64,000 bases of DNA. It comes from Mycobacterium sp. (lineage in GTDB: Bacteria; Actinomycetota; Actinomycetes; Mycobacteriales; Mycobacteriaceae). The first letter of the stretch is position 1, and every line of letters starts with the position of its first letter. Location: the NCBI GenBank assembly GCA_023264735.1, contig JAHFVD010000022.1, positions 40,307 through 104,306 on the forward strand, given 5' to 3'. Positions 22,817 to 34,375 of the stretch are shown in pieces. Below the pieces are notes generated by a model. It did not search any database. It was not told the DNA's origin and saw nothing but the letters and a program-made list of their open reading frames with translations. The position numbers were made by a program, and so were the translations under genes.

Positions 22817-24079
22817 CGGTAGCTCCACATCGCGGGCCAGCAGGTCGGCCCAGGTGTCGCGGCGGACCACCAGCCGGGCATCGCCATTGGCCGCGAACAC
22901 CACCGGAATGCGGCGCGCGCCGTTGTACTGGTTGGACATCGTGTAGCAGTACGCCCCGGTGACCGGCACGGCCAGTAGGTCGCCGACGGCCGGATTGTCA
23001 AGGGGCACACCGTCGATCAGCTGATCACCGGACTCGCAGTGCCGGCCGACGACCGTGACGGTCTCGTCGCCGCCGAGCCGGTCGACGAGCGCGGCCTCGA
23101 ATCGTTGCCCGTATAGCGACACCTCGAGGTTGTCCCCCATCCCGCCGTCGACCGCGACGTGGACGACCTTCCCGCGCTTGACGGTGGTGACCCGGTAGAC
23201 CGTGCATGCCGCGGCGGCGGTCATCGACCGCCCAGGCTCGACGATGATGCGGGCATCGGCGGGAACCAGCCCGCGGGCCTTGTCGATCATCGTCTGCGCG
23301 TAGACGTCCACCGACGGGGGGTGATCGGCGTACGTGTAGCGGACGCCGAGCCCGCCGCCGAAGTCGTAGACGTCGAAGCTGCCCAGCTCGGCGACGGGAG
23401 CAACGGCGGCGGCCAGCTGCTCGGCATCGAGCAGCTGAGAGCCGACGTGGGTGTGCACGCCGTCGCAGCGCAGCACCCTGCTGCGGCGGATCTTCTCGAT
23501 CGCCACCTTGGCGTCCTCGGGCAGCAGTCCGAACTTCGAGCCGGCATGCCCGGTCGCGACGGCGGCGTGGGTATCGGCCTCAATGCCGGGCACCACCCGC
23601 ACCAGGCACGCCTGCCGCTGCCCCGGTTCGACGATGCGCTCCAACCGGTCGATGTCATCGAAATTGTCGACGACGATCAGGCCGACGCCCTTGGCGACGG
23701 CCAGTTGGAGTTCCTCGTCCGTCTTGGCGTTGCCGTGCAACAACATCCGGGCCGGATCGGCACCCGCGGCCAGCGCGGTCATGATCTCTCCCCCGCCCGC
23801 GACGTCGAGCAGCAGCCCCTCCTCGCTGACCAGACGTTGAATCGCGGTGCACGGGAACGCCTTTGAGGCAAACGCCACATCGGTGCGGGCCCAGCGGCTG
23901 CGAAACGCCGCCACATAGTCCCTGGCCCGCTGCCGCACTGCGTCCTCGGCGACCACCATGACCGGGGTGCCGAACTCGGCGGCCAGCGCATCCAGCCGGC
24001 AGCCGCCGACGCTCAGCACGCCGTCGTCGAACGCAGAGCCGGGCGGGAACAAGCCCAGCACGTCGGGATCGCTCATCAC
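22802..24079 (-). CDS. diaminopimelate decarboxylase-like, fold-type III PLP-dependent decarboxylase
   Basis: 425 aa with motifs FASKAF (PLP lysine), HTHVGSQ, GGGLG, EPGRS and CESGD. The 3-prime end overlaps the p55 3-prime end by 15 nt (convergent). Confidence 0.85.
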   Translation of the reverse strand: MMSDPDVLGLFPPGSAFDDGVLSVGGCRLDALAAEFGTPVMVVAEDAVRQRARDYVAAFRSRWARTDVAFASKAFPCTAIQRLVSEEGLLLDVAGGGEIMTALAAGADPARMLLHGNAKTDEELQLAVAKGVGLIVVDNFDDIDRLERIVEPGQRQACLVRVVPGIEADTHAAVATGHAGSKFGLLPEDAKVAIEKIRRSRVLRCDGVHTHVGSQLLDAEQLAAAVAPVAELGSFDVYDFGGGLGVRYTYADHPPSVDVYAQTMIDKARGLVPADARIIVEPGRSMTAAAACTVYRVTTVKRGKVVHVAVDGGMGDNLEVSLYGQRFEAALVDRLGGDETVTVVGRHCESGDQLIDGVPLDNPAVGDLLAVPVTGAYCYTMSNQYNGARRIPVVFAANGDARLVVRRDTWADLLARDVELPLRGY

Positions 24080-24097
24080 GCCATCTTGCTCCGCCCG

Positions 24098-25102
24098 CTA
24101 GCCCGGTACCAGGCTCAGCAGCAGATCGGGCCCGATCCGGTCGACGCCGTCGTAGCGCCAGCGAAGCGCCCGCGCGATGCTGGGCACACCGACATCATCG
24201 ACGGCGGTGACGGGGCCGCCGAGCAGGATCGGGCCGACGTAGGCCAGGATTCGGTCGATCACCCCGGCCCGCAGGAAGGCGCCTGCCAGCGTCGGGCCGC
24301 CCTCGACCAGGACATCGGTGCGGTCCGACAGCGCCTGGATCACCTCGTGCGGGTCGTGGGTGCGGATCACCATGGTGTGCGAATCATCGTTGAGCACATT
24401 GGCTTCCGAGGAGATCTCCCGCTTGCCGACGACGACCCGCAGCGGCTGGCGCTCGGCCAGTCCCCCGCCGGGCAGCCGGGCGGTCAGCGTCGGGTCGTCG
24501 GTGAACACCGTGCCCGTGCCGACCACGATCGCGTCGCACGCCGCGCGGCGCACATGCAGATCGGCGCGCGCCGCGTCACTGGTGATCCACTGCGAGGAGC
24601 CGTCAGCGGCAGCACTGCGCCCGTCGACACTGGTGGCGTACTTCCAGGTGACGTGCGGCCGCCCGGTGCGCTGTTTGTGCAGCCACTCCCGCAGCGGGCC
24701 GCCGGCCACGTCCTCGGCGGACACCCCTGCGGCTACGGTGATCCCCGCGCTGCGCAGGCGGTCGGTGCCGCCTGAGGCAACGGGATTGGGGTCGGCGACG
24801 GCGTAGACCACCGCGGCCACCCCGGCCTGGATCAGGGCATCGACGCAGGGCGGGGTGCGGCCGTGGTGGTTGCACGGCTCGAGGGTGACGACGGCGGTGC
24901 CGCCGGCCGCACGCTCCCCCGCCTCCCGCAACGCCACCACCTCGGCGTGCGGGCCGCCGGCAGGCTGGGTGCCGCCGCGGCCCACGATATCGCCCGCCGC
25001 ATTCAGAATGACCGCTCCCACAGGGGGATTCGGATACGTCGAACCCTTGACCCGCTGGGCCTGGGCGATGGCCAACCGCATCGCGGCTTCGAGTGCGGTC
25101 AT
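24098..25102 (-). CDS. ribD: bifunctional riboflavin biosynthesis deaminase/reductase RibD (RibG)
   Basis: 334 aa. N-terminal CMP/dCMP deaminase zinc motif ([15 protein letters not shown]) plus a C-terminal RibD reductase domain. Confidence 0.93.
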   Translation of the reverse strand: MTALEAAMRLAIAQAQRVKGSTYPNPPVGAVILNAAGDIVGRGGTQPAGGPHAEVVALREAGERAAGGTAVVTLEPCNHHGRTPPCVDALIQAGVAAVVYAVADPNPVASGGTDRLRSAGITVAAGVSAEDVAGGPLREWLHKQRTGRPHVTWKYATSVDGRSAAADGSSQWITSDAARADLHVRRAACDAIVVGTGTVFTDDPTLTARLPGGGLAERQPLRVVVGKREISSEANVLNDDSHTMVIRTHDPHEVIQALSDRTDVLVEGGPTLAGAFLRAGVIDRILAYVGPILLGGPVTAVDDVGVPSIARALRWRYDGVDRIGPDLLLSLVPG

Positions 25103-25785
25103 ATCCGCAGATGCTGCGAGGCGGTGGCCGCCTGGCGGCGCAGCGCCTCCACCGCGACGGCGGGGTCCTGCGCCCCGTACACGGCCGACCCCGCGACGAA
25201 GCAGTCCACCCCGGCCTCGGCGGCCAGCTCGATGGTGTCGGCGTTGATGCCGCCGTCGATCTCCACCAGGATCGTCAGCTCGCCGGAGTCGACCAGCCGC
25301 CGCGCCGTCGCGACCTTGGACAGCACCTCGGTGATGAAGCTCTGCCCGCCGAAGCCGGGTTCGACCGACATCACCAGCAGGGTGTCGAAATCGCGAAGGA
25401 TCTCCAGGTACGGCTCCAGCGGGGTGCCCGGCTTCACCGAAAGGCCCGCCTTCGCGCCGGCCGCACGGATATCGCGGGCGACCGCGACCGGATTCTCGGT
25501 GGCCTCGGCGTGGAAGGTGACGTTGTAGGCACCGGCCTCGGCGTAGCCCGGCGCCCAGCGGTCCGGGTTGTCGATCATCAGATGGCAGTCCATCGGGATG
25601 TCGGTGGCCGCCAGCAGGCTTTCCACCACCGGCAGGCCGAGGGTGAGGTTGGGCACGAAGTGGCCGTCCATCACGTCGACATGCAGCCAGTCGGCGCCCT
25701 CCACGGCAGCGGCCTCGTCGGCGAGGCGGGCGAAGTCGGCGGACAGGATCGACGGCGCGATCAGCGGACGGGACGGAGTCGCCAT
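25099..25785 (-). CDS. rpe: ribulose-phosphate 3-epimerase
   Basis: 228 aa, [31 protein letters not shown]. Confidence 0.95.
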   Translation of the reverse strand: MATPSRPLIAPSILSADFARLADEAAAVEGADWLHVDVMDGHFVPNLTLGLPVVESLLAATDIPMDCHLMIDNPDRWAPGYAEAGAYNVTFHAEATENPVAVARDIRAAGAKAGLSVKPGTPLEPYLEILRDFDTLLVMSVEPGFGGQSFITEVLSKVATARRLVDSGELTILVEIDGGINADTIELAAEAGVDCFVAGSAVYGAQDPAVAVEALRRQAATASQHLRI

Positions 25786-25795
25786 GGCTGCAACC

Positions 25796-27268
25796 TTAAA
25801 CAGTCTTCTGGAGGGCAGCCGCGAACATGGCGTCGGTGCCGTGCCGGTGCGGCCAAAGCTGCACGTACGGACCGTCGCCCAGCTGTTCGGCGGGGGCGAA
25901 CAGCGGCCGGGCGTCCACGGCGGTGACCGGGTGGCGGCGCAGCGCGTCGGAGACCACGCCGACAGTCTCGGCCAGGTGCGGCGAGCAGGTGGCGTAGAGG
26001 ATCACCCCGCCGGGGCGGGTCAGGGCGATCGCCGCGGCCAGCAGCTCGCGCTGCAGCTTGGCGAGCACCGGAACGTCGCCAGGGGTCCGCCGCCAGCGGG
26101 CTTCCGGCCTTCGCCGCAGTGCACCCAGCCCCGTGCACGGCGCGTCGACCAGCACCCGGTCGAAGCTGCCCGGCTCCAGCGCCGATTCGCGGCCGTCGAC
26201 CCGCAGTACCTCGACCGGCAGGCCACGGGTGTTCTGCTCCACCAGCTCGGCGCGGCGCGGCGTGGGCTCGACGGCGGTCACGCTGCCGCCGTGCTGTGCG
26301 GCGATCGCGGCGATCAGCGCGGTCTTACCGCCTGGCCCGGAGCAGAGGTCCAGCCAGCGCCCGCCGTCCTCGCCGACCAGCGGGGCCAGCGTCAGCGCCT
26401 GGGCCACCAGTTGGCTGCCCTCGTCCTGCACCAGCGCCTTGTCGTCGCGCACCGCCGCCAGCCGGCCCGGGTCACCGCCGCCCAGGTACACCGCGTATGG
26501 CGAATACCGTCCCACCGTCCCGTCGACCTCGGTGGCCAGCTCCTGCGCTGTCAGCACACCGGGCCGAGCGGCCAGATGCACGCCAGGGCGGGCGTCGTCG
26601 GCGGCCAGGGCGGCGTCGAGCTCCCCTGCGGCGGAGCCGAGCGCATCGGCGAACGCCTGGGCGATCCAGCGCGGGTGGGCGTGCAGGAACGCCAGGTGGC
26701 CGATCGGGTCGGTGGCCGACGATGGCGCCAGCTCGGCCACCCAGGACGCCTCATCCCTTCCGGAGATGGTGCGCAACACACCGTTGACGAAACCCGCTCT
26801 GACACTGTCGAATTCGATACCGGCTTGTTCGACGGTGGTGGACACCGCGGCGTGCTGGGCGACGTTGGTGCGCAGCAGCTGATAGCTGCCAAGACGGAGC
26901 AGGTCGAGTAGCACGGGGTCGATCTGGTCGATGGGACGCCCGGCCGCGGCCGCGATGACGGCGTCGAGCAGGCCCAGGGTGCGGCAGCTGCCGTAGGCCA
27001 GTTCGGTGGCGAACGCCGCGTCGCGGCCATGGATCCCGCGCTCGGAGAGCATCGAGGGCAGCACCAGGTTCGCGTAGGCGTCGCGTTCGGAGACCGCACG
27101 CAGCACGTCGAAGGCGGCCTGCCGGGCCGGATCCAGCGGGGTGCGCGGCGGCCGTCGCGGTGGACGCTGCTGGGCACGGTCCCGGCCGGGCGGCGCACCG
27201 GTCCCTTGGCGCTTCTGGAAGCCCTTGCGGTCGTTGGGTTTTCCCCTGTTGCCAGGGCGCTCGCTCAT
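25796..27268 (-). CDS. rsmB: 16S rRNA (cytosine-C5) methyltransferase RsmB/Fmu
   Basis: 490 aa. Basic N-terminus, NusB-like domain, SAM-MTase with [10 protein letters not shown] and DAPCTGLG. Located downstream of fmt. Confidence 0.9.
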   Translation of the reverse strand: MSERPGNRGKPNDRKGFQKRQGTGAPPGRDRAQQRPPRRPPRTPLDPARQAAFDVLRAVSERDAYANLVLPSMLSERGIHGRDAAFATELAYGSCRTLGLLDAVIAAAAGRPIDQIDPVLLDLLRLGSYQLLRTNVAQHAAVSTTVEQAGIEFDSVRAGFVNGVLRTISGRDEASWVAELAPSSATDPIGHLAFLHAHPRWIAQAFADALGSAAGELDAALAADDARPGVHLAARPGVLTAQELATEVDGTVGRYSPYAVYLGGGDPGRLAAVRDDKALVQDEGSQLVAQALTLAPLVGEDGGRWLDLCSGPGGKTALIAAIAAQHGGSVTAVEPTPRRAELVEQNTRGLPVEVLRVDGRESALEPGSFDRVLVDAPCTGLGALRRRPEARWRRTPGDVPVLAKLQRELLAAAIALTRPGGVILYATCSPHLAETVGVVSDALRRHPVTAVDARPLFAPAEQLGDGPYVQLWPHRHGTDAMFAAALQKTV

Positions 27269-28194
27269 GATGCCCGCACCGTCTCGTCGAGCCGGGCACC
27301 GCGGGCCCAGTCGGCGGCGTTCATCAGCTTCTTGCCCGGCGGCTGTATCTGGCCGAGCACCACCGGCGCCGACCCGGTGCCGACCCGAACCCCGGACCGA
27401 TCCACCGCGATCTCACCCGGCTCCAACGGCGCTGCCGCCTCGTCGACGCTGACCGGGCCGACCTTGACCCGCAGGTCACCGATCATCGTCCAGGCACCGG
27501 GATTGGGGGTGACCGCACGGATCCGGCGGTCGACGACGTGGGCGGGCAGATCCCAGGAGACGCGTGCCTGCTCGACGGTGATCTTCGGCGCCAGGCTGAC
27601 GCCCTCGGCGGGTTGGGGTACCGGTGTCAGCGTGGCGTCGCCGATACCGTCCAGCGTCGCCTCCAGCAGGCCCGCACCCGAAATGGCCAGCCGGTCCAGC
27701 AGGTCGCCCGCGGTGTCGGTGGGCCGCACGGTTTCGGTGACCACGCCGTAGACCGGGCCGGAGTCCAGGCTCGGCTCGATCAGGAAAGTCGTTGCGCCCG
27801 TGACGGTATCGCCCGCTGCGACGGCGGCCTGTACCGGCGCCGCACCCCGCCAGGCAGGCAGCAGCGAGAAATGCAGGTTGATCCAGCCGTGCGCCGGAAC
27901 CGCCAGCAGCGCTTCGCTCAACAGCGCGCCGTAGGCCACCACCGCGCAGCACTCCGGTGCCAGTTCAGTCAGCTCGGCGATGAACTCACCGCTGTTGGGC
28001 CGCGCCGGGCGCAGCACCGGGATGCCGGCCTCGTCCGCCAGCCGCGCCACTGGCGACGGCGCGGGTGTGCCCCGCCGTCCGGCGGCGGCATCCGGGCGAG
28101 TGAGCACCCCGATCACCTCATGGCGGGGCGAGTCGATCAGCCGCTGCAGCGACGGGAGTGCCGGTTCGGGAGTGCCGGCGAAAACAATTCGCAT
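27265..28194 (-). CDS. fmt: methionyl-tRNA formyltransferase
   Basis: 309 aa, [30 protein letters not shown]. Confidence 0.95.
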   Translation of the reverse strand: MRIVFAGTPEPALPSLQRLIDSPRHEVIGVLTRPDAAAGRRGTPAPSPVARLADEAGIPVLRPARPNSGEFIAELTELAPECCAVVAYGALLSEALLAVPAHGWINLHFSLLPAWRGAAPVQAAVAAGDTVTGATTFLIEPSLDSGPVYGVVTETVRPTDTAGDLLDRLAISGAGLLEATLDGIGDATLTPVPQPAEGVSLAPKITVEQARVSWDLPAHVVDRRIRAVTPNPGAWTMIGDLRVKVGPVSVDEAAAPLEPGEIAVDRSGVRVGTGSAPVVLGQIQPPGKKLMNAADWARGARLDETVRAS

Positions 28195-28198
28195 ACCG

Positions 28199-28735
28199 CT
28201 ACTTTGGCACCTGATAGAACTCGCGCTGCGACACCCCGGCCATCGGCGCGACGAACATCGTCGGAATCGTGGTGATCAAGCGGTTCACTCCTCCGACGGC
28301 GTCGTTGTAGTACTGCCGGGCAAACGCCAGCTTGTCCTCGGTGTCGGCGAGGTTCTCCTGCAGGTTCAGGAAGTTGTTCGAGGAGTTCAGCTGCGGGTAG
28401 CTCTGGCCCAGCGCCAGCACCTGACCGACAGCGGTGTCGAACTCCTTTTCCGCCGAAGTGCGCTGTGCCACAGACTTTCCCGTGGTCGCGGCGGCCAGCG
28501 CCGTCTGCGCGTCGGCGACGTGATCCAGGATCGCCTTCTCGTGGGCGGCGAAGGTCTGCACGGTGTGCACCAACCCCGGGATCAGGGCGGCCCGCCGGGT
28601 GAGCTGCACGTCGATACCGCCGAGCGCCTCGTCAACGCGGACGTCCGCGGCCCGAACCTTGTTGTAGCCCAACACGAACCCGATCAGGACCAGGACCGCG
28701 AGCACCAGCACCACGACAAGCACGAAGCTCACCAT
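28199..28735 (-). CDS. lemA: LemA family membrane protein
   Basis: 178 aa with one N-terminal TM helix. LemA strings present ([27 protein letters not shown]). Confidence 0.85.
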   Translation of the reverse strand: MVSFVLVVVLVLAVLVLIGFVLGYNKVRAADVRVDEALGGIDVQLTRRAALIPGLVHTVQTFAAHEKAILDHVADAQTALAAATTGKSVAQRTSAEKEFDTAVGQVLALGQSYPQLNSSNNFLNLQENLADTEDKLAFARQYYNDAVGGVNRLITTIPTMFVAPMAGVSQREFYQVPK

Positions 28736-30537
28736 GAACCGCCTCCTCCTCCGCCACCGCCACCGCCGCCTCCGCCGCCACCGCCGCCCCCGCCGCCGCT
28801 GCTGCTGGACGACGACGAGGACTGCGAGGCGGTGTAGGCGCCGATCGACGACGACAACGCCGACTCGAAGCTGTCGAAACTAGCACCACCGCTGGTCGCC
28901 GCATGCCAGCTGGTACCCGACGACGAGTGGTACCAGTCCGGCTGCGGATCGACCTCCCCGGTGGCGGTCTGGTACTTGCGTGCCCACAGGGCGGCGACGC
29001 CGCCGGCGATCGCAAACGGGATGTAGGCGGTGTAGAGATCCTTGCGGGCGGCGAAGTCGAAGCGCGACTCGGCCGAGTCGGTGGACAACATCCGGTAGAA
29101 ACCGCCGGCCTGCGACCACAGTTCGCGCCCCGCGGGGGTGCGGCGACTACCGACTCCCATGGTCCATGATCGGGCCGAGAACAGGAAGAACAGCGCGAAC
29201 GGCACACCCCACAGGGTGATCGGGGCCCAGATGAAGACGCAGACAGCAAGCACCAGGGCGAGGAAGTTGAAGAACCGCAGCCACAGCTCCCTGGAGCGTT
29301 TGACCAAATAGCCGTCGAAGGCCCACTTCGTCACCGACGCGCTCATATCCGTCTTGGCACGGGAGAGCTTCTTCCCGGCCGTCACCGTGCCGTTGGCGTC
29401 GAAGCGGGTGCCGGGGCCGAGCACCTTGAGCGCAGAGGCGATATCCACGCTGACCGGGTCGACGTCCGCCCACGCCGCGTGGGGCGCGGTGCCGGTGACG
29501 GTCCACTTCTTGTCGCTGACCTGATGCAGGTCGACCAGCTTGCGCTCGGCCAGATAGAACAGCGTCGCGGTCAGCCCGTTGGGCGGCACCTTCTCGGTGC
29601 GGATGTATTCACACTGCACCGGGCCCAGGCCCGGCGGCGGCGCGTACTGCAGCGGAAACCCGGGTGTCGGCTCGACGGTGGTCCGCCACCACAGGAAGGC
29701 GCCGAGACCAGCCGCCAGGCTGGCCCCCATCAGCCACAGCACCCCGGGCAGCGACCGGCCCAGAATCGGGTCCCAGCGGTAGGTCCACGGCAGCTCCGTG
29801 CGTGGCGGAGTGGGCACGTCGACCCCGGCCCGCACCGTGACCGGTGTCCGCGGGTCCAGGTCGCTGGCCGACAGATGGACCTTGCCGCCACTGACGGTCA
29901 GGTCGTCACAGGCCCGCCCGACGCCGTAGCCGACCGAACACTGGGCGCCGGTGACCCCGCCGGGCAGGACGACGGTGATGTCGGCGTGTTCGATGGTGTT
30001 GTTCCACGCCGGGGCGATGACGTTCCAGAAGAACGCCGAGCGCCCTGACGGGTCACCGGTCGACGATGCGAATTTCTTGTCACCGCCGATGCTGCCAGGG
30101 TCGAGGACACCGTCGATCGTGTAGCGGATCCGGAAGACGTGGCTGCCGTAGTCGAGGTAGTTGTCCGGGTCGCCAATCTTGGCCACCCGGAAGCGTTTCC
30201 CGCTCTCCCACTGCATCTTGTAGGGCACTGGGCGGTCGTCGAGGAGGATCTCGGTGATCTGTGGCGGCTGGCGGACATGCGGGCTGTTGATGTTGGCGAC
30301 GTCCCAGTACCGGAAGATGCCGTGCCGTCCGCTGGGGAAATTGCCGGTGATCGTCTCGGTGGCGTCGAGCCTGCCGTTGGCGTCGACGACGAACTCGGCG
30401 CGGTAGTCGGTGATGACCACCGGGTCCGACGCCGGGCCGCCCTGCGAGCTCCCGGTGAAAACCAATGGCGACAGCAACCCAAACACGATGAGCAGCAAGG
30501 CGATCGAGAACCAGATGACCCGACCGGTCAACTTCAT
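28729..30537 (-). CDS. DUF2207 domain-containing membrane protein with Ser/Gly-rich tail
   Basis: 602 aa. N-terminal signal/TM, extracellular DUF2207-like region (GIFRYWDV, HVFRIRYTIDGV), TM helices, and C-terminal S9-G20-SW. Its stop overlaps the lemA start (the classic LemA pairing). Confidence 0.85.
   Translation of the reverse strand: MKLTGRVIWFSIALLLIVFGLLSPLVFTGSSQGGPASDPVVITDYRAEFVVDANGRLDATETITGNFPSGRHGIFRYWDVANINSPHVRQPPQITEILLDDRPVPYKMQWESGKRFRVAKIGDPDNYLDYGSHVFRIRYTIDGVLDPGSIGGDKKFASSTGDPSGRSAFFWNVIAPAWNNTIEHADITVVLPGGVTGAQCSVGYGVGRACDDLTVSGGKVHLSASDLDPRTPVTVRAGVDVPTPPRTELPWTYRWDPILGRSLPGVLWLMGASLAAGLGAFLWWRTTVEPTPGFPLQYAPPPGLGPVQCEYIRTEKVPPNGLTATLFYLAERKLVDLHQVSDKKWTVTGTAPHAAWADVDPVSVDIASALKVLGPGTRFDANGTVTAGKKLSRAKTDMSASVTKWAFDGYLVKRSRELWLRFFNFLALVLAVCVFIWAPITLWGVPFALFFLFSARSWTMGVGSRRTPAGRELWSQAGGFYRMLSTDSAESRFDFAARKDLYTAYIPFAIAGGVAALWARKYQTATGEVDPQPDWYHSSSGTSWHAATSGGASFDSFESALSSSIGAYTASQSSSSSSSSGGGGGGGGGGGGGGGGGGGGSW
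28738..28797 (-). repeat. 20 consecutive glycine codons (GGN)20, a simple-sequence tract
   Basis: The plus strand is (NCC)20, followed by a run of serine codons. It encodes the C-terminal poly-Gly of the DUF2207 protein. Confidence 0.9.
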
Positions 30538-30588
30538 CGTGCCTCCCCCAGTTTCGTCGGGTCTTACTCTCCCCCGATTCGTCGGGTC

Positions 30589-32586
30589 TCACCCTATGTG
30601 CAAAGGATCGATCTGTACCCGAACCGCCTCGTGGTCGTGCCTGGCGCTCGCGATGGCAATGGCATGCCGCAGCGATGCGGCCAAGCCCAACCCCTCGTCC
30701 TTGCGGACCCGCACCAACATCCGGATGACCGGTTCGCCCGGCCGGGCCGCTGGCGGGCGGCGGACGCCGGGCGGCAGGTCGACGGGTCCGAGTAGGTCGG
30801 CGTCCTCGGGCAGCTCCGCATGCTCGAGCAGCGCGCTGACCGCATCCGAGCCGCCGTCGACGGCGGCCATGTGCACGCACGGCGGCAGCGCGACCTCGGC
30901 GCGGGCCTCCAGCTCAGCCTCCGCGTGCCCGACCGGATCCCACTTGATCAGCGCCTGCACGGTCGGGATCGCCGATTCGGCCACTACCGCCACCACCCCG
31001 CCGTCCCCGCGGGGCCGCACCTGCGCGGCGGCGGCCATCCACCGTCGCAGGGTGTCCTCGGCCGCACGCAGGTCCTGGCGGCCCAGCAGCGCCCAGCTGT
31101 CCAGCAGCAGCGCGGCGCCGTAGCCGCCCGGCACGTGCGGCTCCGCTCCCGGGGTGGCGACGACAAGCGCCGGGCCCGGCTCGATCTCGGTGTGCACCGC
31201 GTCCCCGGCCGAGGTGATGACCGTCGTACCCGGGAAGGCCCGGCCCATCTCCTCGGCGGTGCGACGCGCTCCCACCACGACGGCGCGGATGGCGTCGGAC
31301 CCGCAGCGCCGGCAGCGCAGCGAGCTGTCCATTCGGCCGCACCAGCGGCACACCGCCCCGACCGCATCCCGTTCGGACAGCGACAGCGGTCCCATGCAGT
31401 GCCGGCAGCGGGCGATCGTCCGGCAGCGGGCGCAGGCCACCGACGGCACGTACCCACGCCGCGGCACCTGGATCAGCACCGGGGCGTCCTGCTCGAGCGC
31501 GCCGCGGGCGGCGCGCAGCGCCAGTGACGGCAGCCGCGCCGACCGGGCGGCTGCGTCACGCTCCTCGGCGTAGCCGTCGTCGTCGAGGGCAACGACCCGC
31601 GGGGCGGCCGCGCGCACCGACGGCCGGGGCGCCACCAGATCGTGCGCCCAGCCGCTCTGCACCAGCGCGTGCGCCTCGGCGGTGCGGGCGTACCCGCCGA
31701 TCACCGCCGCACAGCGCAGCTGATGGGCGCGCAGCATCGCCACCTCGCGGGCGTGCGGGTAGGGCGCGCGCGGTTCGGCGAGGGTGTCGTCGCCGTCGTC
31801 CCAGACGATGACCAGGCCGAGCCGCTCGACGGGCGCGAACACCGCGCTGCGGGTGCCGATGACCAGCCGCGCGTGCCCGCGCAATGCCGCCAGCCAGCGC
31901 CGGTACCGGACCGAGGGACCCAGCCCGGCCGAAAGGGCGACGACCGCGGACGGGTCGATCCGCGCGGTCGCGGCCTGCCACAGCGCATCGATATCGCGCT
32001 GGTCGGGAACGACTGCCAGCACTCCGTAGCCACCGCTCACAGCGGCCGCGGCGGCTTCGGCGATCCGGTCGCACCACTGCTCGCCGGGCAGCGCCTGCCA
32101 CACCGCGCGGGCGGCCCGGCCGTCGCGCAGCGCGGTCAGGAATTGGTCGCCGCGGCCATACCGGGCCCAGCCGGTCGGGTCGACCGGGTCGATGACGGGC
32201 AGCAGCGGGGCGTCGGCCTGGGTCTTCTCGGCCCTGGCATGCCGCGGCGGGATGGCCAGCCGAAGCACGTCGGGACGGGTGCCTGCGTAGCGGGCGGCGA
32301 CCGCGTCGATGAGACGGCGCACCTCGGGGGTCAGCACCGGTTCGGCCGAGATGACCCGGTCCAGCCAGCCCAGCTGGCCGACATGGTCGGTGTCCGAACG
32401 CCGTTCGAGGACGAAGGCATCGACGAGCCTGCCGTGGAACCGGACCCGCACTCGCACCCCGGGCTGGGCGTCGTCGGACTGTTCGGCCGACACCAGATAG
32501 TCGAACTCGCGGTCCAGATGGGGCACCGACAGCATCGGCAGCACCCGGGCAATGGGTTCGTGCTCGGCGGCGCGCCGGATCGGCAT
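30589..32586 (-). CDS. priA: primosomal protein N-prime (replication restart helicase PriA)
   Basis: 665 aa with a 3-prime DNA-binding domain, a degenerate helicase core, and a Cys-rich zinc region (CARCRTIARCRHC..CRWCG..CRRCG). Confidence 0.93.
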   Translation of the reverse strand: MPIRRAAEHEPIARVLPMLSVPHLDREFDYLVSAEQSDDAQPGVRVRVRFHGRLVDAFVLERRSDTDHVGQLGWLDRVISAEPVLTPEVRRLIDAVAARYAGTRPDVLRLAIPPRHARAEKTQADAPLLPVIDPVDPTGWARYGRGDQFLTALRDGRAARAVWQALPGEQWCDRIAEAAAAAVSGGYGVLAVVPDQRDIDALWQAATARIDPSAVVALSAGLGPSVRYRRWLAALRGHARLVIGTRSAVFAPVERLGLVIVWDDGDDTLAEPRAPYPHAREVAMLRAHQLRCAAVIGGYARTAEAHALVQSGWAHDLVAPRPSVRAAAPRVVALDDDGYAEERDAAARSARLPSLALRAARGALEQDAPVLIQVPRRGYVPSVACARCRTIARCRHCMGPLSLSERDAVGAVCRWCGRMDSSLRCRRCGSDAIRAVVVGARRTAEEMGRAFPGTTVITSAGDAVHTEIEPGPALVVATPGAEPHVPGGYGAALLLDSWALLGRQDLRAAEDTLRRWMAAAAQVRPRGDGGVVAVVAESAIPTVQALIKWDPVGHAEAELEARAEVALPPCVHMAAVDGGSDAVSALLEHAELPEDADLLGPVDLPPGVRRPPAARPGEPVIRMLVRVRKDEGLGLAASLRHAIAIASARHDHEAVRVQIDPLHIG

Positions 32587-32618
32587 CGTCGAAGACTATC
32601 GACGGACCCGACAGACGG

Positions 32619-33341
32619 TCAGTCAGCCGCCGCCCGGCCGAAGAAGAACCCGGCCGTGATCAACACCTCAGAGGTGGCGTACACCCACCAGATCGGCACG
32701 TCCAGTGCGTGCGAGTCCAGGACGAAGCGGCCGATGCCGATCATCCCGTCCGAGATCGCGAAGGACACCGCTCCAAGCGCAGTCCACACCGTGGGCAGGC
32801 GGGCCAGCAGCGCCGAGCACACCATCGCGGCCAGCACGGCCATGTACACCAGGACGGGGATGGTCAGCCCGTCGGCGACCAGCCGGGGCCAGAACCACAC
32901 CAGCAAACCCACGCACGCAACGACCACGACCGCCGAGGCGACCAGTCGGGGCCGGCTGGGACCCCGCAGCGGCAGCAGCGCACCCAGGAAGCACAGGTGG
33001 GCCACCAGGAACGAGCCGAGCCCGAGCACGAACGACGGCTGCCACCACGGCATGGCCAGGAAGAAGTCGCCGCCGGCCGAGAACAGCAGCGCCGCGATCA
33101 GCCAGCGTCGCTCCCGGACGATCGGATGCCACAGAGCGGCGACCGCGAGCAGTACCGCCATCAGCGCCTTGACGGCGGGCTGCCCAGGGAACTGGCCGGT
33201 GAGCTCGGAGTTCTCAGGCAGCCGCAGCGCGGTGATCACCAGGAAGATGCCGTAGCCGATCGCCACCGCGGCACCGGCGAGCCACCACGTTGTCAGGGTC
33301 CGTAAGTACGGTGGGCTGATGCGACCGCCGGTGGATGCCAT
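32619..33341 (-). CDS. YhhN-family membrane protein (lysoplasmalogenase-like)
   Basis: 240 aa with multiple TM helices and YhhN strings ([23 protein letters not shown]). The start is uncertain because it overlaps the divergent esterase start by 23 nt. Confidence 0.7.
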   Translation of the reverse strand: MASTGGRISPPYLRTLTTWWLAGAAVAIGYGIFLVITALRLPENSELTGQFPGQPAVKALMAVLLAVAALWHPIVRERRWLIAALLFSAGGDFFLAMPWWQPSFVLGLGSFLVAHLCFLGALLPLRGPSRPRLVASAVVVVACVGLLVWFWPRLVADGLTIPVLVYMAVLAAMVCSALLARLPTVWTALGAVSFAISDGMIGIGRFVLDSHALDVPIWWVYATSEVLITAGFFFGRAAAD

Positions 33342-34281
33342 CCTGCAGAAGGTACTGGAAGCAGTGCCGTTCCAATTGACTGTCGACGGCGGAATCGAGG
33401 AGGCGCGCCGACGGTTTCGGGAGCTGCCTCGCGGGCCGGTGCATCCCGCGCTGCGGGTCGAGAATCACCAGATCGACGGCCCCTGCGGCCCGATCCCGAT
33501 TCGGGTCTACTGGCCCCCCGACATCACTGAACCCACTCCCGGGTCGCTTCGCTCCTGCCCTCCGGATCCGCCGATCACGATGTATTTCCACGGCGGCGGA
33601 TTCGCCGTCGGCGATCTGGACACCCATGACGGGACGGCCCGCAATCACGCGGTCGGCGCAGGCACTGTGGTCGTCTCGGTCGACTACCGGCTGGCCCCCG
33701 AGCATCCCTACCCCGCTGCCGTCGACGACGTCTGGGCCGCCACCCGGTGGGTGGCCGACCATGCCGACGAGTTCGGCGCCGACGGCGCGCGGCTGGCGGT
33801 CGCCGGTGACTCGGCAGGCGGCACGCTGTCCGCGGTGGTGGCCCAGCTGGCCCGCGACAGCGACGGCCCGCCGATCGTGTTCCAGCTGCTCTGGTACCCG
33901 TCGACGATGTGGGACAACTCGCTGCCGTCGTTCGCCGAGAATGCCGACGCACCGATTCTGGACAGGGGCGCCATCGACGCCTTCAGCCGCTGGTACGCCG
34001 GGGAAGTCGACCTCGCCGACCCACCGCCGGGCCTGGCCCCCGGCCGGGCGGCCGACCTGACCGGCCTGCCGCCCGCCTACGTCGCCGTCGCCGGCCACGA
34101 CCCGCTGCGCGACGACGGCGCCCGGTACGCCGAGCTGCTGGCGGCCGCCGGTGTAACGGTCGAGCTGCATCTGGCCGACACACTGGTGCATGGCTATCTC
34201 GGTTACTCCGGGGTGGTCCCGGCCGCCACTGAGGCGACCGAACGTGGACTAGCCGCTCTGCGCGCAGCGTTGCACGCGTGA
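33319..34281 (+). CDS. alpha/beta hydrolase, hormone-sensitive-lipase-type esterase
   Basis: 320 aa with the HGGGF oxyanion motif, the GDSAGG nucleophile elbow, and DPLRDD plus a C-terminal H. Confidence 0.85.
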   Translation: MRPPVDAILQKVLEAVPFQLTVDGGIEEARRRFRELPRGPVHPALRVENHQIDGPCGPIPIRVYWPPDITEPTPGSLRSCPPDPPITMYFHGGGFAVGDLDTHDGTARNHAVGAGTVVVSVDYRLAPEHPYPAAVDDVWAATRWVADHADEFGADGARLAVAGDSAGGTLSAVVAQLARDSDGPPIVFQLLWYPSTMWDNSLPSFAENADAPILDRGAIDAFSRWYAGEVDLADPPPGLAPGRAADLTGLPPAYVAVAGHDPLRDDGARYAELLAAAGVTVELHLADTLVHGYLGYSGVVPAATEATERGLAALRAALHA

Positions 34282-34375
34282 GCAGCTAGGAAAGCAGTGC
34301 TAGCAGCAACCTTGTCGGGACCGTCCGGACAGGCCACAATGGCAACAGAATTCACAATGTGGAGGGATTTACCCC

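Noticed and set aside
28738-28821. Highly repetitive CCG/CCA tract that at first looked like a tandem-repeat or VNTR locus.
   Set aside because: It is in frame within the DUF2207 gene and simply encodes the poly-Gly/poly-Ser tail. It is reported as a simple-sequence repeat, not as an independent element.
34282-34375. Possible IdeR iron box upstream of the hemophore-related gene (region CTAGGAAAGCAGTGCTAGC).
   Set aside because: It matches only about 7 of 19 positions of the TTAGGTTAGGCTAACCTAA consensus and is not a convincing inverted repeat.
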